Below, one piece after another: positions 1-10,194 of a stretch of DNA of 64,000 bases. The translations under genes and the position numbers were made by a program. The stretch comes from Rhodospirillaceae bacterium (GTDB lineage: Bacteria > Pseudomonadota > Alphaproteobacteria > CACIAM-22H2), in the NCBI GenBank assembly GCA_022843945.1, contig JALHMR010000003.1:164837-228836 (forward strand), read 5' to 3'. The notes beneath the pieces are model-generated. The model was not told the origin of the DNA. It made no database searches and saw nothing but the letters and a program-made list of their open reading frames with translations. Numbering within the stretch: position 1 is the stretch's first letter; every line of letters starts with the position of its first letter.

Positions 1-97
1 GCGGCGTGCGGATGGCGGGGCATTGCGAAGGATTTGACCCTATCAGCTATTGCTAATAGAAGGGACTGAACAACACGACGAATAACAAGGGCATAAA

Positions 98-2944
98 ATG
101 GCTGGGGCCGACGAGGTTATCGATACCTCGCCCAAGGTGCATGACGAGGTCAAGACCACGACCTGTTACATGTGCGCCTGCCGCTGCGGCATCAAAGTCC
201 ATCTCAAGAATGGCCAGATCCGCTACATCGAGGGCAACCGCGCCCACCCGGTGAATCGCGGCGTGCTCTGCGCCAAGGGCTCGGCCGGGATCATGCAGCA
301 CTACTCGCCAGCCCGGCTGACCAAGCCGCTCAAGCGCGTGGGCGAGCGCGGCGCCGGCGAATTTCAGGAGATCGAATGGGACGAGGCGCTGGCCCTGGCC
401 ACGGAGTGGCTGGGCGGCATCCGCGCCACGGATCCCAAGAAGCTCGCCTTCTTCACCGGCCGCGACCAGAGCCAGGCGCTGACCGGCTGGTGGGCCAGCC
501 AGTTCGGCACGCCGAACTACGCCGCCCATGGCGGCTTCTGCTCGGTCAATATGGCGGCGGCCGGGCTCTACACCATCGGCGGCAGCTTCTGGGAGTTCGG
601 CGAGGCCGACTGGGAGCGCGCGAAATACTTCCTGATGTTCGGCGTCGCCGAGGACCACGACAGCAACCCGATCAAGATCGGCCTGTCGAAGCTCAAGGCC
701 CGCGGCGCCAAGTTCGTCTCGGTCAATCCGGTGCGCACCGGCTACTCGGCGGTCGCCGACGAATGGGTGGCGATCAAGCCGGGCACCGACGGACTGTTCG
801 TCTTCGCCCTGATCCACGAGCTGCTCAAGGCCGACAGGATCGACCACGACTATCTGGCGCGCTACACCAACGCACCCTGGCTGGTGATCGCCAACCCGGG
901 CAAGGCCGATGACGGGCTGATCGCCCGCGACGAGGCCGGCAACCCGCTGGCCTGGGACGCCACGACCAACGCACCGGCCAACGCGCTCTCCGCCGACACC
1001 AAGCCGCGCCTGGCCGGTGACTACACGCTGCCCGACGGGCGCAAGGCCCGGCCCGCCTTCCACCTGATGGCGGAGCGTTATCTCGATCCGCAATACGCAC
1101 CCGAGGCCGTGGCCGCGCGCTGCGGCGTGCCGGCCGCCACCATCCGCCGCCTGGCGGCCGAGATCGCCCACGCCGCTTTCGAGCAGCAGATCGTGCTCGA
1201 CCAGCCCTGGACCGACTGGGCCGGGCGCCGCCACGAGACCATGGTCGGCCGGCCGGTGTCGATGCATGCCATGCGCGGCATCTCGGCGCATTCCAACGGT
1301 TTCCACACCTGCCGCGCCCTGCACGTGCTGCAGATGCTGATCGGCGCCATCGACACGCCAGGGTCCTTCCGCTTTGAAGCCCCCTTCCCGCGCCCCTGCC
1401 CGCCGCCCGGCAAGCCGGCCGGCAAGAACGTCTCGCCCAACACGGCGCTGGGCGGCATGCCCTTAGGCTTCCCGCTGGGCCCCGAGGACCTGCTGCTCGA
1501 AGCCGACGGCTCGGCGCGGCGCATCGACAAGGCCTTTTCCTGGGAGGCGCCGCTAGCCGCCCACGGGTTGATGCACATGGTGATCGCCAACGCCTGGAAG
1601 GGCGATCCCTACCGGATCGACACGCTGTTCCTCTACATGGCCAACATGGCCTGGAACTCGTCGATGAACACCGCCGGCACCATGGCCATGCTCGCCGACA
1701 AGGACGCGAGCGGCGCCTACAAGATCCCGCGCATCATCTACTCCGATGCCTATTTCTCCGAGACGGTGGCCTACGCCGATCTCGTGCTGCCCGATACGAC
1801 CTATCTCGAGCGCTGGGACTGCATCTCGCTGCTCGACCGGCCGATCGGGAATGCGGAAGGTCCGGGCGACGCCATCCGCCAGCCCGTGGTCAAGCCCGAC
1901 CGCGACGTGCGGCCCTTCCAGGACGTGCTGATCGACCTCGGCGCGCGGCTCAAGCTGCCGGGCTTCGTCACGCCCAGTGGTGCTGCGCGCTACCCCGGCG
2001 GCTACAAGGACTACATCGTCAATCACGAGCGCCGTCCGGGCTTCGGACCGCTGGCCGGCTGGCGCGGCATCGACGGCGACAAGATCGGCAGGGGCGAGCC
2101 CAATCTCGACCAGCTCGACCGCTACATCGAGAACGGCTGCTTCTGGAAACATGAGCTGCCGCACGACCAGCTTTATTACAAGCACGCTAACAAGGGCTAT
2201 CTCGAGACGGCGGTGAAGCTCGGCTTCCTCGACAAGGCCGAACCCATCATCCTGCAGCTCTATTCGGAGACGCTGCAGCGCTTCCGCCTCGCCGCGCGCG
2301 GCCACGGGCCGGTGCAGCCGCCCGACCGCCACCGCGCCCGCATCGACGCCTATTTCGATCCGCTGCCCATCTGGTACGAGCCGTTCGAGAGCTCCGCCGT
2401 CGATACCGGGGCATTTCCCTTGCGCGCCATCACCCAGCGGCCGATGCCGATGTATCACTCCTGGGGCTCGCAGAACGCCTGGCTGCGCCAGATCATGAGC
2501 AACAACCGGCTCTACGTGAACAAGGACACCGCCGCCCGCCACGACGTGGCCGACGGTGACTGGGTCTGGCTGACCAGCCACCACTCGCGCGTCAAATGCC
2601 AGGTACGGCTGATGGACGGCGTCGAGGCCGACACGGTGTGGACCTGGAACGCCATCGGCAAGCGGCCCGGCGCCTGGAACCTGGCGCCCGATGCCGCCGA
2701 GGCGACCCGCGGCTTCCTGCTCAACCACGTCATCTCGGAGCTGCTGCCCGAGCGCGACGGCTACCGCTATGCCAATGTCGACCCGGTCACCGGCCAGGCC
2801 GCGTGGTTCGATCTGCGGGTGCGCATGGAGAAGTGCGACATCGCCGAAGCCGGCGTCACCGCGCCGTCGTTCGCCGCCTTGACGCCGCCCGCGGGCCTGC
2901 CGGCGCGCCCGTCGATCCTGCGCTACGGGGCCGATCTCAAATGA
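98..2944 (+). CDS. soeA: Molybdopterin oxidoreductase, sulfite dehydrogenase (quinone) catalytic subunit SoeA
   Basis: 948 aa; N-terminal CYMCACRC...C 4Fe-4S motif, DMSO-reductase-family features, no Tat signal; followed by ferredoxin and DmsC-type anchor genes. Confidence 0.9.
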   Translation: MAGADEVIDTSPKVHDEVKTTTCYMCACRCGIKVHLKNGQIRYIEGNRAHPVNRGVLCAKGSAGIMQHYSPARLTKPLKRVGERGAGEFQEIEWDEALALATEWLGGIRATDPKKLAFFTGRDQSQALTGWWASQFGTPNYAAHGGFCSVNMAAAGLYTIGGSFWEFGEADWERAKYFLMFGVAEDHDSNPIKIGLSKLKARGAKFVSVNPVRTGYSAVADEWVAIKPGTDGLFVFALIHELLKADRIDHDYLARYTNAPWLVIANPGKADDGLIARDEAGNPLAWDATTNAPANALSADTKPRLAGDYTLPDGRKARPAFHLMAERYLDPQYAPEAVAARCGVPAATIRRLAAEIAHAAFEQQIVLDQPWTDWAGRRHETMVGRPVSMHAMRGISAHSNGFHTCRALHVLQMLIGAIDTPGSFRFEAPFPRPCPPPGKPAGKNVSPNTALGGMPLGFPLGPEDLLLEADGSARRIDKAFSWEAPLAAHGLMHMVIANAWKGDPYRIDTLFLYMANMAWNSSMNTAGTMAMLADKDASGAYKIPRIIYSDAYFSETVAYADLVLPDTTYLERWDCISLLDRPIGNAEGPGDAIRQPVVKPDRDVRPFQDVLIDLGARLKLPGFVTPSGAARYPGGYKDYIVNHERRPGFGPLAGWRGIDGDKIGRGEPNLDQLDRYIENGCFWKHELPHDQLYYKHANKGYLETAVKLGFLDKAEPIILQLYSETLQRFRLAARGHGPVQPPDRHRARIDAYFDPLPIWYEPFESSAVDTGAFPLRAITQRPMPMYHSWGSQNAWLRQIMSNNRLYVNKDTAARHDVADGDWVWLTSHHSRVKCQVRLMDGVEADTVWTWNAIGKRPGAWNLAPDAAEATRGFLLNHVISELLPERDGYRYANVDPVTGQAAWFDLRVRMEKCDIAEAGVTAPSFAALTPPAGLPARPSILRYGADLK

Positions 2945-3678
2945 CCTCGTATACGGTCGGCGAGAAGAAGCTCGGTCTGGTGATCGATCTCGACACCTGT
3001 GTCGGCTGTCACGCCTGCGCGGTGAACTGCAAGGAATGGAATACCGGCGGCCACTCGGCCCCGCTTCCCGACCGCGATCCTTATGGTGCCGACGTCACCG
3101 GCGTGTGGTTCAACCGCATCCACACCTTCGAGGTCGACGACGGCGAATGCGGCCGCACCGTCCACTTCCCGAAATCCTGCCTACATTGCGAGCAGCCGGC
3201 CTGCGTCGAGGTCTGCCCGACCGGCGCCTCCTACAAGCGCACCGAGGACGGCATCGTGCTGGTCAACGCCGATACCTGCATCGGCTGCAAGCTCTGCTCC
3301 TGGGCCTGCCCTTACGGCGCCCGCGAGTTCGACGACGATGCCGGCGTGATGAAGAAATGCACGCTGTGCATCGACCGCATCTACAACGAGAACCTCGAAG
3401 AGGTCGACCGCGTGCCGGCCTGCGTCGCCACCTGCCCGGCCAGCGCCCGGCATTTCGGCGATTTGGGCGATCCGGGATCGGCCGTCTCGCGCCTGGTCGC
3501 CGAGCGCGGCGGCCATGATCTGATGCCGGAGCTCGGCTACAAGCCGGTCAACAAGTACCTGCCGCCGCGAGCCGGTCGCGCCAGGCAGGCCGCCGAGACG
3601 CCCGAGCGGCTGGAAGCCGTTGCCGCCGACACCGGCAGCCTCTTCCTGCGCTGGATCGATCGCGCCCTGTCCCGCTGA
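2941..3678 (+). CDS. soeB: 4Fe-4S dicluster subunit SoeB
   Basis: ATG 2941 overlaps the soeA stop; CVGCHACAVNC, CLHCEQPACVEVCP, CIGCKLCSWACP and CTLC motifs. Confidence 0.9.
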   Translation: MTSYTVGEKKLGLVIDLDTCVGCHACAVNCKEWNTGGHSAPLPDRDPYGADVTGVWFNRIHTFEVDDGECGRTVHFPKSCLHCEQPACVEVCPTGASYKRTEDGIVLVNADTCIGCKLCSWACPYGAREFDDDAGVMKKCTLCIDRIYNENLEEVDRVPACVATCPASARHFGDLGDPGSAVSRLVAERGGHDLMPELGYKPVNKYLPPRAGRARQAAETPERLEAVAADTGSLFLRWIDRALSR

Positions 3679-4619
3679 TGCACCCCGCTTTTTCGGTCAT
3701 CTTCTTCACCACGGCGTCGGGCGCCGGCTACGGCCTGCTCGCCCTGACCGGCATTGGCGCGCCGTTCGGATTGATTCCCGCCGACCGCGGCTTCGGATTC
3801 ACGGTGCTGGCCCTAGCGCTGGCCTTGATCACGCTGGGCTTGCTGTCTTCCACCGCGCATCTCGGCCGTCCCGAACGCGCCTGGCGCGCCTTCAGCCAGT
3901 GGCGCACCTCCTGGCTGTCGCGCGAGGGGCTGCTCTCCCTCGGCACCTACGCGCCGACGGCGGTCTTCGGTATCGGCTGGGTGTTCTTCGGCCGGCTCGA
4001 TGGGGTCTTTACCCTCGCCGCCCTCGCCCTGGCGGTCCTTGCCGCCATCACCGTCTACTGCACGGCGATGATCTACGCCTCGCTCAAGCCGATCCACGCC
4101 TGGCGCAATGCCTGGGTGCCGCGCGTCTATCTCGTCCTGTCGCTGATGAGCGGCGCCCTGTGGCTCAACGCCCTGGTCCAGCTCTGGGGGGCCAGCGCCT
4201 CCTGGCTGACGATCCTGGCCTTGCTCAGCATCGTCGCCGGCGCCTGGACAAAGGAGCGCTACTGGACCTTCATCGACACCACCCAAGGCCCCTCGACGGT
4301 TGAGACGGCGACCGGCCTGCGCGGCACGGTCAGCTTCCTTGATGGGCCGCACACCGAAGCAAACTACCTGTTGCGCGAGATGGGCTATCGCATCGCGCGC
4401 AAGCATTCCGTGAAGCTGCGGCGCATCGCGCTCGCCCTGGGCTTTGCCCTGCCGCTCGTGCTGACCCTGTTGAGCGCGGTGGCCGCCGGCCCGGCGGCAG
4501 CCTTTGCCGCGCTGCTCGCCGCTCTCTCGGCCATGCTCGGCATCCTGGTGGAGCGCTGGCTGTTCTTCGCCGAGGCGAAACACACAGTCACTTTATATTA
4601 CGGCGCCACAACGGCATGA
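3678..4619 (+). CDS. soeC: DmsC/NrfD-like membrane anchor SoeC
   Basis: MHPAFSVIFFTT start, HLGRPERAWRAFSQWRTSWLSRE motif, multiple TM helices, ERWLFF near the C-terminus. Confidence 0.88.
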   Translation: MHPAFSVIFFTTASGAGYGLLALTGIGAPFGLIPADRGFGFTVLALALALITLGLLSSTAHLGRPERAWRAFSQWRTSWLSREGLLSLGTYAPTAVFGIGWVFFGRLDGVFTLAALALAVLAAITVYCTAMIYASLKPIHAWRNAWVPRVYLVLSLMSGALWLNALVQLWGASASWLTILALLSIVAGAWTKERYWTFIDTTQGPSTVETATGLRGTVSFLDGPHTEANYLLREMGYRIARKHSVKLRRIALALGFALPLVLTLLSAVAAGPAAAFAALLAALSAMLGILVERWLFFAEAKHTVTLYYGATTA

Positions 4620-5344
4620 CGACTCAAGACATCGGCACGGTCAAACAGATCAACCGCTACCCGGTCAAATCGTTTGGTGGCGAAGGCCTGCCATCGGCGG
4701 AGCTGAAGTGGTCAGGCATCGACGGCGACCGGCAATACGCTTTCCACAAGGTGGCCGACGGCTCGCGCTTTCCCTGGCTCACCGGGCGCGCGCTGTCGCA
4801 GATCGTGACCTATACCGCGCGCTTCGCCGATCCGGCAGACCCGCGCAAGTCCACGGTCCGCGTCACCGCCGGCAAGGACGAGTTCAGCCTGCGCGACCCC
4901 ATCTTGGCGAAGCGCCTCGGCGATGCCATTGGCGAGGAGGTGCGGCTGATCCAGATCGGCCGCGGCATCTTCGACACCATGCCGGTCTCGGTCATGGCCA
5001 CCGCCACGCCGCCGCTGGTCGAGGCGGCCGCCGGCGTGCCCATCGACCCCCGCCGCTTCCGTGCCAATCTCGTCATCGAGACGCCATCCGGCGAAGCGGC
5101 GCGCGAGACCCATTGGGTCGGCGGTACGCTGGTCTTCGGCGACGGGCCGGACGCAGCCAAGCTGCTGGTCAGCAGCCCGATCGACCGCTGCGTGATGATC
5201 ACCATCGATCCGGATACGGGCGAGCGCAATCCCGCCATCCTGCGCACGGTGGTCGAGCGCTTCGACAACTTCATCGCCTCGCGCTGCTCGCCCGCGGTCC
5301 TGGGCACGATCAAGGTGGGCGACCGCGTGCGTCTGGAACGCTGA
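4616..5344 (+). CDS. MOSC domain-containing protein
   Basis: RYPVKS, GDR, RRFRANLVI and conserved RC motifs; ATGA overlap with soeC. Confidence 0.85.
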   Translation: MTTQDIGTVKQINRYPVKSFGGEGLPSAELKWSGIDGDRQYAFHKVADGSRFPWLTGRALSQIVTYTARFADPADPRKSTVRVTAGKDEFSLRDPILAKRLGDAIGEEVRLIQIGRGIFDTMPVSVMATATPPLVEAAAGVPIDPRRFRANLVIETPSGEAARETHWVGGTLVFGDGPDAAKLLVSSPIDRCVMITIDPDTGERNPAILRTVVERFDNFIASRCSPAVLGTIKVGDRVRLER

Positions 5345-5352
5345 TCAGCAGT

Positions 5353-5877
5353 TCAACCCAGCGACTTGAAGAAGACTGTCGTAGAGGCCAGCTCGCCGCC
5401 CGGCATCAAGGCGTAATTGGGGATGTGCCCGCATTGCTGCCAGCCATGCCGGGCATAAAGGCGCTCGGCATCGCCCCCGGTGATCGTATCCAATACCAGC
5501 AGCGTCCTGCCGGCGGCGCGCGCCTGCGCTTCGATCGCGGCCAGCAGCGCCGCGCCCACGCCCTGCCGCCGCCCGCGCCGATGAACCAGCATCTTGGAGA
5601 CATCGGCCCGGTGCGGCTGATTCTCCGGCGCTGCCCAGATAACCTGCACCGTACCAACGATACCCCGCGCGTCCTCCGCGACGAGGACCACCCGTTCACC
5701 CTTCGCGATACTCTTCGCCACCCCGCGCCAGAATGCCTCCGCCGTGGCCCGGGTGATCGGCAGCATGAAGCTGACGGAGGCGCCAGCCTCGACACAGTCG
5801 ATCAGGACGTCGCTCAGCCCGTCGATCTCCCCCTGACCGATGGCATCGAGGCGACGAATACGGATGCCCGCCGTCAC
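5353..5877 (-). CDS. GNAT family N-acetyltransferase (Ttr-like)
   Basis: ENQPHRADVSKMLVHRRGRRQGVG acetyl-CoA binding motif. Confidence 0.85.
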   Translation of the reverse strand: MTAGIRIRRLDAIGQGEIDGLSDVLIDCVEAGASVSFMLPITRATAEAFWRGVAKSIAKGERVVLVAEDARGIVGTVQVIWAAPENQPHRADVSKMLVHRRGRRQGVGAALLAAIEAQARAAGRTLLVLDTITGGDAERLYARHGWQQCGHIPNYALMPGGELASTTVFFKSLG

Positions 5878-5881
5878 GGCG

Positions 5882-7618
5882 TCAGGGCGTCTGGCAGACC
5901 ACGTTGAGCAGCGCCTGGCGGCCGCCGCGCACCGCCTCGATGGCTCGCTTCAACGCACCGGGCAGATCGGCCGGCTTCTCGACCTTCTCGCCATAGCCGC
6001 CCTGCGCCTCGACCAGCTTTTCGAAAGCCGGGCTCGGACTGAGGTCCGCCAGCGTGCGGTGATTGTCCTTCGCCGCTGCGCCCTCTTTGTACATGGCCAG
6101 AGTGGCGTTGCGCACGGCGCCCCACATCGAGTTGTTGAACACGATGGTCAACACCGGCAGCTCATGCGCCGCCGCGACCCAATGGCAGGCCGTGGGGTTG
6201 GTGAAGATGTAGGAGCCGTCGCCCAGCGTGGCCACGCAGAGCTTCTCGGGTGCCGCCAGCTTGGCACCCAGCGCTGCCGGCAGCGACCAGCCGAGGCCGC
6301 CGGCCGGCGACAGGCCGAAATAGCTCATCGGCCGATCGAAGGCGCAGTGCTCCATCTTCAGCGGATACTCGTTGAACACCACGGCATCGTCGCCGAGCAC
6401 GTCGGCGAGGCACTTGCTGATCCAGGGCGGCCGGATCACTGGCTCCTTGCCGGCCTTCTCCGCCTCTTCCTTCCAGGTGGCGCGCATCCGCGCCGATTGC
6501 TCGGTGACCCGGGTGCGCCGCGTCGCGGTCTGCGGCTTCCCGGCCAGGCCGCTCTTCTCCAGCGCCGCATCGAGCGAGCGGATGGCGGCTTCCGGGCTGG
6601 CCGTGATGACCAGGTCGGACGGGAAACTGCGCATCGGGTAGCGGGCAAAGAGCGGATCGATACCGATATGGATGATCTTGGCACCGGCCGGCGGGCCTTC
6701 GAGATTGAGGATCCAGGGCACGTCGCTGTCGAGCACGACCACGACATCGGCCTCGGCCAGCGGCACCTTGGGCAGGAAGCCGAGATGCATCGGGTGGCTG
6801 TGCGGCAGGCAGACATAGCGCGGGTTATGGCTGACCACCGGCAGAGCGTAACGCTCGGCGAGCTGGGCCAGCGCCTCGACGCCGCCCTTGGTGCTGCCGC
6901 TGCGCGCCGCGATGATCAGCGGTCGCTCGGCCGCGGCGAGCCATTCCGCCGCCTGGGCGATGTCCGCGGCATTGGCGGCTGGCGCGCCGGCCACGGCGCG
7001 CCGGGTCGCCGGCCGGCTGGCCGGCGATTCCATGGCCAGGACTTCGCGCGGCAGGGTCAGGTAGACCGGGCCGCGGGGCTCGGCCATGGCGATCTCCATC
7101 GCCCGGCCGACCACATCACCCGGGTGCTGGGTGGCATGCAGCTCGTAATCCCACTTCACCGCCTCGCGCAGCATGCCCGCCTGGTCGAACATCTCCTGCG
7201 CCCAGTGGATGGGGCGGCTGCGCGTGCCATGCGGGCCGGTTTCGGTGATCGGCGTGCGGCCGGCGGTCAGCAGCATCGGCACGTTGTCGCGGGCGCTGTT
7301 GATCAGCGCGCAGATCGTATTGGCCGTGCCGACATTGACGTGGACCATCAGCGCCTGCGGCCGGCCGGTCATCAGGTAGTAGCCGTGGGCCATGCACACG
7401 GCCGCGTTCTCGTGCGGGACGGTCACCGGGCGAGGCGCTGCCTCGCCGGCCTGCTTCATGCGCGAGAAGGCCTCGATGATCGGCGGAAAATCGGTGCCGG
7501 CATTGGCGAACAGGCAGTCCACGCCCTGGGCGCGGAGGGCGGCGAGGTAGTCCTCGGCGGTCAGGCGCTTGGCGGCGACAGAAGCGGCAGGCGTCGCGGC
7601 AGGCTTGGGGGCATGCAT
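5882..7618 (-). CDS. Thiamine pyrophosphate-requiring enzyme (acetolactate synthase-like superfamily)
   Basis: PHENAA catalytic Glu, GDGS...NN TPP-binding motif; start taken at ATG 7618. Confidence 0.85.
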   Translation of the reverse strand: MHAPKPAATPAASVAAKRLTAEDYLAALRAQGVDCLFANAGTDFPPIIEAFSRMKQAGEAAPRPVTVPHENAAVCMAHGYYLMTGRPQALMVHVNVGTANTICALINSARDNVPMLLTAGRTPITETGPHGTRSRPIHWAQEMFDQAGMLREAVKWDYELHATQHPGDVVGRAMEIAMAEPRGPVYLTLPREVLAMESPASRPATRRAVAGAPAANAADIAQAAEWLAAAERPLIIAARSGSTKGGVEALAQLAERYALPVVSHNPRYVCLPHSHPMHLGFLPKVPLAEADVVVVLDSDVPWILNLEGPPAGAKIIHIGIDPLFARYPMRSFPSDLVITASPEAAIRSLDAALEKSGLAGKPQTATRRTRVTEQSARMRATWKEEAEKAGKEPVIRPPWISKCLADVLGDDAVVFNEYPLKMEHCAFDRPMSYFGLSPAGGLGWSLPAALGAKLAAPEKLCVATLGDGSYIFTNPTACHWVAAAHELPVLTIVFNNSMWGAVRNATLAMYKEGAAAKDNHRTLADLSPSPAFEKLVEAQGGYGEKVEKPADLPGALKRAIEAVRGGRQALLNVVCQTP

Positions 7619-7706
7619 GGCAGTACTCCGTCGATCGGACGGGCAGCCTAGCGCCGAACCACCCCCTGTCAAACGGTTTGGGGTTCGGGAAGAAGCCTCA
7701 GGTGCG

Positions 7707-8951
7707 CTAGTCCTTCAGCAGGCCGCCCGAGCGCTGGGATACGGGCGCCGGCGCTGGTGCAGACGCCGGCGCCGGCGCGGGTGCGGCTGCGGGTGCGCTG
7801 GATTGAACCGGAATTTTCGCCGTCCGCAACGATGGGTGCGGCTTCGTGCGACGGGTCAGCGGCCGGCCGTCCTCTTCGTCGAGCCAGAAATAGAGCAGCG
7901 CCACTTCAGGGTATTGCTCGAAGGTATCGAGGTTCTGCTCGCCGATCAGGCGCTTCTGCTGGGCCTCGGCCGTCCGCCCCAGCTGGTCCAGCATAAGCGC
8001 CCAGTAGAGGTACATATCCGAGCCCTGGGGATAGAGGCGCACGGCTTCGGCGAAATCCCTTTGGGCATCCGCATGGCGCTTCATCGCCCAGTTGGCGACC
8101 CCGCGGGTGGTGAACGCCGCGGCATGAATCGCCGGGTTGCGCGGGCGGGCCCGGCGCTCGATGATCGGCTGAACAGCCTGGATCGCATCCTCGTAGCGGT
8201 CCTGCTCGACGCGCACAAAGCCGAGGTTGAGCAGCGCCGCCGAATAATTGTACGTGTCCTTCGTCGCCTGCTCGAACAGCTCGCCGGCCTTGGCCAGGTC
8301 ATGGTCCAGGAGTGCCGCGATGCCCTGCAGGTTACGGAACAGGGCCCGCTCCGGATTGTCGGGCGTCGCGGCCAAACGGTCGATGCTCGTCTGCAGCAGC
8401 GTCTTGAGATTCGCCATGTTCTTGTCGACGTCGTTGCGCTCAAGCAGATAAAGCGAGGTGTGGTAGGGGTCGAGCCGGGAGGAGGTCTCGACCGCGGCCC
8501 GGCGGACGAAGCGCGGCATCTCCTCGTCCGCGTTGCGCTCCAGCAGGATGGTGAATGGCGCGCGGGTGCGGCTGGTGCTGGTAACCAGGACCGCCTGCTT
8601 GGTTCCGTTGTCCATCAAGGCGACCTTCACCTGCACGGGATCGAGCCCGAACATGTGCTGGAAGGCGTAGGTCAGGTCATCGAGCTTGAGCGAGCTGGCG
8701 ATGACCGAGATGACGCTCTGGTCGTTGGCGGCCCGGATATCGGGCGTGCGGATGATCGATTCGTTGGAAAAGATCGTCTGCAGCTCGTGCGAGAACAGCG
8801 TCGTGGCGAAATCCGCGGACAGCCCGTCGTCGGAGTATTTCTTCGAGACCTCGACCTTCGAAATGATGGAATCGGCGTACCAGTAGGCGTCGGCGCCGAC
8901 CAGCGCGAGGCCCATGGCCGCGTAATACAGTAACGTGGCGATATCCAGCAC
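7707..8951 (-). CDS. Membrane-anchored tetratricopeptide repeat protein
   Basis: N-terminal hydrophobic segment, TPR-like helices (ALLNLGFVRVEQDRYEDAI), Pro/Ala-rich C-terminal tail. Confidence 0.7.
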   Translation of the reverse strand: MLDIATLLYYAAMGLALVGADAYWYADSIISKVEVSKKYSDDGLSADFATTLFSHELQTIFSNESIIRTPDIRAANDQSVISVIASSLKLDDLTYAFQHMFGLDPVQVKVALMDNGTKQAVLVTSTSRTRAPFTILLERNADEEMPRFVRRAAVETSSRLDPYHTSLYLLERNDVDKNMANLKTLLQTSIDRLAATPDNPERALFRNLQGIAALLDHDLAKAGELFEQATKDTYNYSAALLNLGFVRVEQDRYEDAIQAVQPIIERRARPRNPAIHAAAFTTRGVANWAMKRHADAQRDFAEAVRLYPQGSDMYLYWALMLDQLGRTAEAQQKRLIGEQNLDTFEQYPEVALLYFWLDEEDGRPLTRRTKPHPSLRTAKIPVQSSAPAAAPAPAPASAPAPAPVSQRSGGLLKD

Positions 8952-9133
8952 GTCGTCTATCCCCTGTTACGGCGCCTGATCCGGCACCCCCACAGGCTAA
9001 GATATCATGCTTTCGGGGCGATAAACTTGCCTAAATAACAGTGGCATGGCCCGAAAACGGGGTATTGGGGCGCTGTCGGTCGTGGTTGCATGGACCGAGC
9101 GCCTGTGGCATTTTCCGCGCCGTTTTCCGGAAT

Positions 9134-9208
9134 GCCGCCGTAGCTCAGTGGTAGAGCACGTCCTTGGTAAGGACGGGGTCGAGTGTTCGATTCACTTCGG
9201 CGGCACCA
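9134..9208 (+). tRNA. tRNA-Thr(GGT)
   Basis: GCCGCCG acceptor stem, TAGCTCAGTGGTAGAGC D-arm, CGTCC-TTGGTAA-GGACG anticodon arm, GTTCGA T-loop, encoded CCA. Confidence 0.97.
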
Positions 9209-9316
9209 CCGGAAAACCGCTTTCTCCCCCGCCTGTAAACGGCCCCATCCTGTAAACGGGAAGTTAACGCGCTTATAGTCTGCTCGTCGGATCGATTCCG
9301 TTCGAGGGGGGCACGT

Positions 9317-10147
9317 ATGTGCCGCTGGCTGGCCTATTCGGGTGTCCCGGTCTCCGTGGATACCCTGCTCTTCCAACCGCATAACTCGCTGATCCGGCAG
9401 AGCCTGTCGGCCCAGCGCAGCATCGTGCCGACCAACGGCGACGGCTTCGGCCTGGGCTGGTACGCGGATCTTCCGCATCCCGGCCTGTTCCGCGACACCA
9501 TGCCGGCCTGGAACGACGCCAATTTGCGCAGCTTGGCCGAGCAGATCCGCTCCTCGCTGTTCTTCGCCCATGTCCGCGCCTCGACGGGCACGGCCACGAC
9601 GCGGCTCAACTGCCATCCCTTCCGCTATGGCCGGCTGCTGTTCATGCATAACGGCAAGATCGGCGGCTACGCGCTGGTGCGGCGCGAGCTCGAGCACCGG
9701 CTGAAGCCCGAGTATTACCTGAACCGCGAAGGCTCCACCGATAGCGAGCTGTTCTTCTACCTGCTGCTCGGCAACGGCTTCGCCCGCGATCCCATGGGCG
9801 CCTTCCAGCGCACCATCGGCGAAGTGCTGACGGCCATGGAAGCCGAAGGCGTGGACGAGCCGTTCCGCATGGCCGCCGCCGTGGCGGATGGCGACCGCAT
9901 CCTGGCGCTGCGCTGGTCGAGCGACCGCAAATCGCCGTCGATGTTCTTCGGCACGGGCAGCGACGTCTGGATCGAGCAGGGCGACGTGCGCTTCAGCGAA
10001 GGGCTGGGTTGCGCCCTCGTGCTGTCGGAGCCGCTCGACGAGGTCAGCGGCCACTGGCACGAAGTGCCGGAAGCGAGCTTCGTCGTGGTCGAGAACGCGA
10101 CCGTCACCGTGCGGCCCTTCGCCCCGTCGCTGCGCGCCGCCGCCTGA
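9317..10147 (+). CDS. Class II glutamine amidotransferase (EgtC/YafJ/Dug3-like)
   Basis: N-terminal nucleophile MCR, NGDGFGLGWY, HVRAST, NCHPF, HNG and TDSE motifs. Confidence 0.88.
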   Translation: MCRWLAYSGVPVSVDTLLFQPHNSLIRQSLSAQRSIVPTNGDGFGLGWYADLPHPGLFRDTMPAWNDANLRSLAEQIRSSLFFAHVRASTGTATTRLNCHPFRYGRLLFMHNGKIGGYALVRRELEHRLKPEYYLNREGSTDSELFFYLLLGNGFARDPMGAFQRTIGEVLTAMEAEGVDEPFRMAAAVADGDRILALRWSSDRKSPSMFFGTGSDVWIEQGDVRFSEGLGCALVLSEPLDEVSGHWHEVPEASFVVVENATVTVRPFAPSLRAAA

Positions 10148-10194
10148 GGCCGGCCGGCTCTTGCTCTCCCGAGTGTCGGATTCTACGCTCGCGC

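Noticed and set aside
5882-7618. TPP enzyme as sulfoacetaldehyde acetyltransferase (Xsc) feeding sulfite to SoeABC
   Set aside because: It lacks the Xsc-type N-terminus (GIIGSA), is on the opposite strand, and no pta is adjacent
9317-10147. egtC / ergothioneine biosynthesis
   Set aside because: No egtB or egtD in the neighbourhood; only family-level assignment is supported
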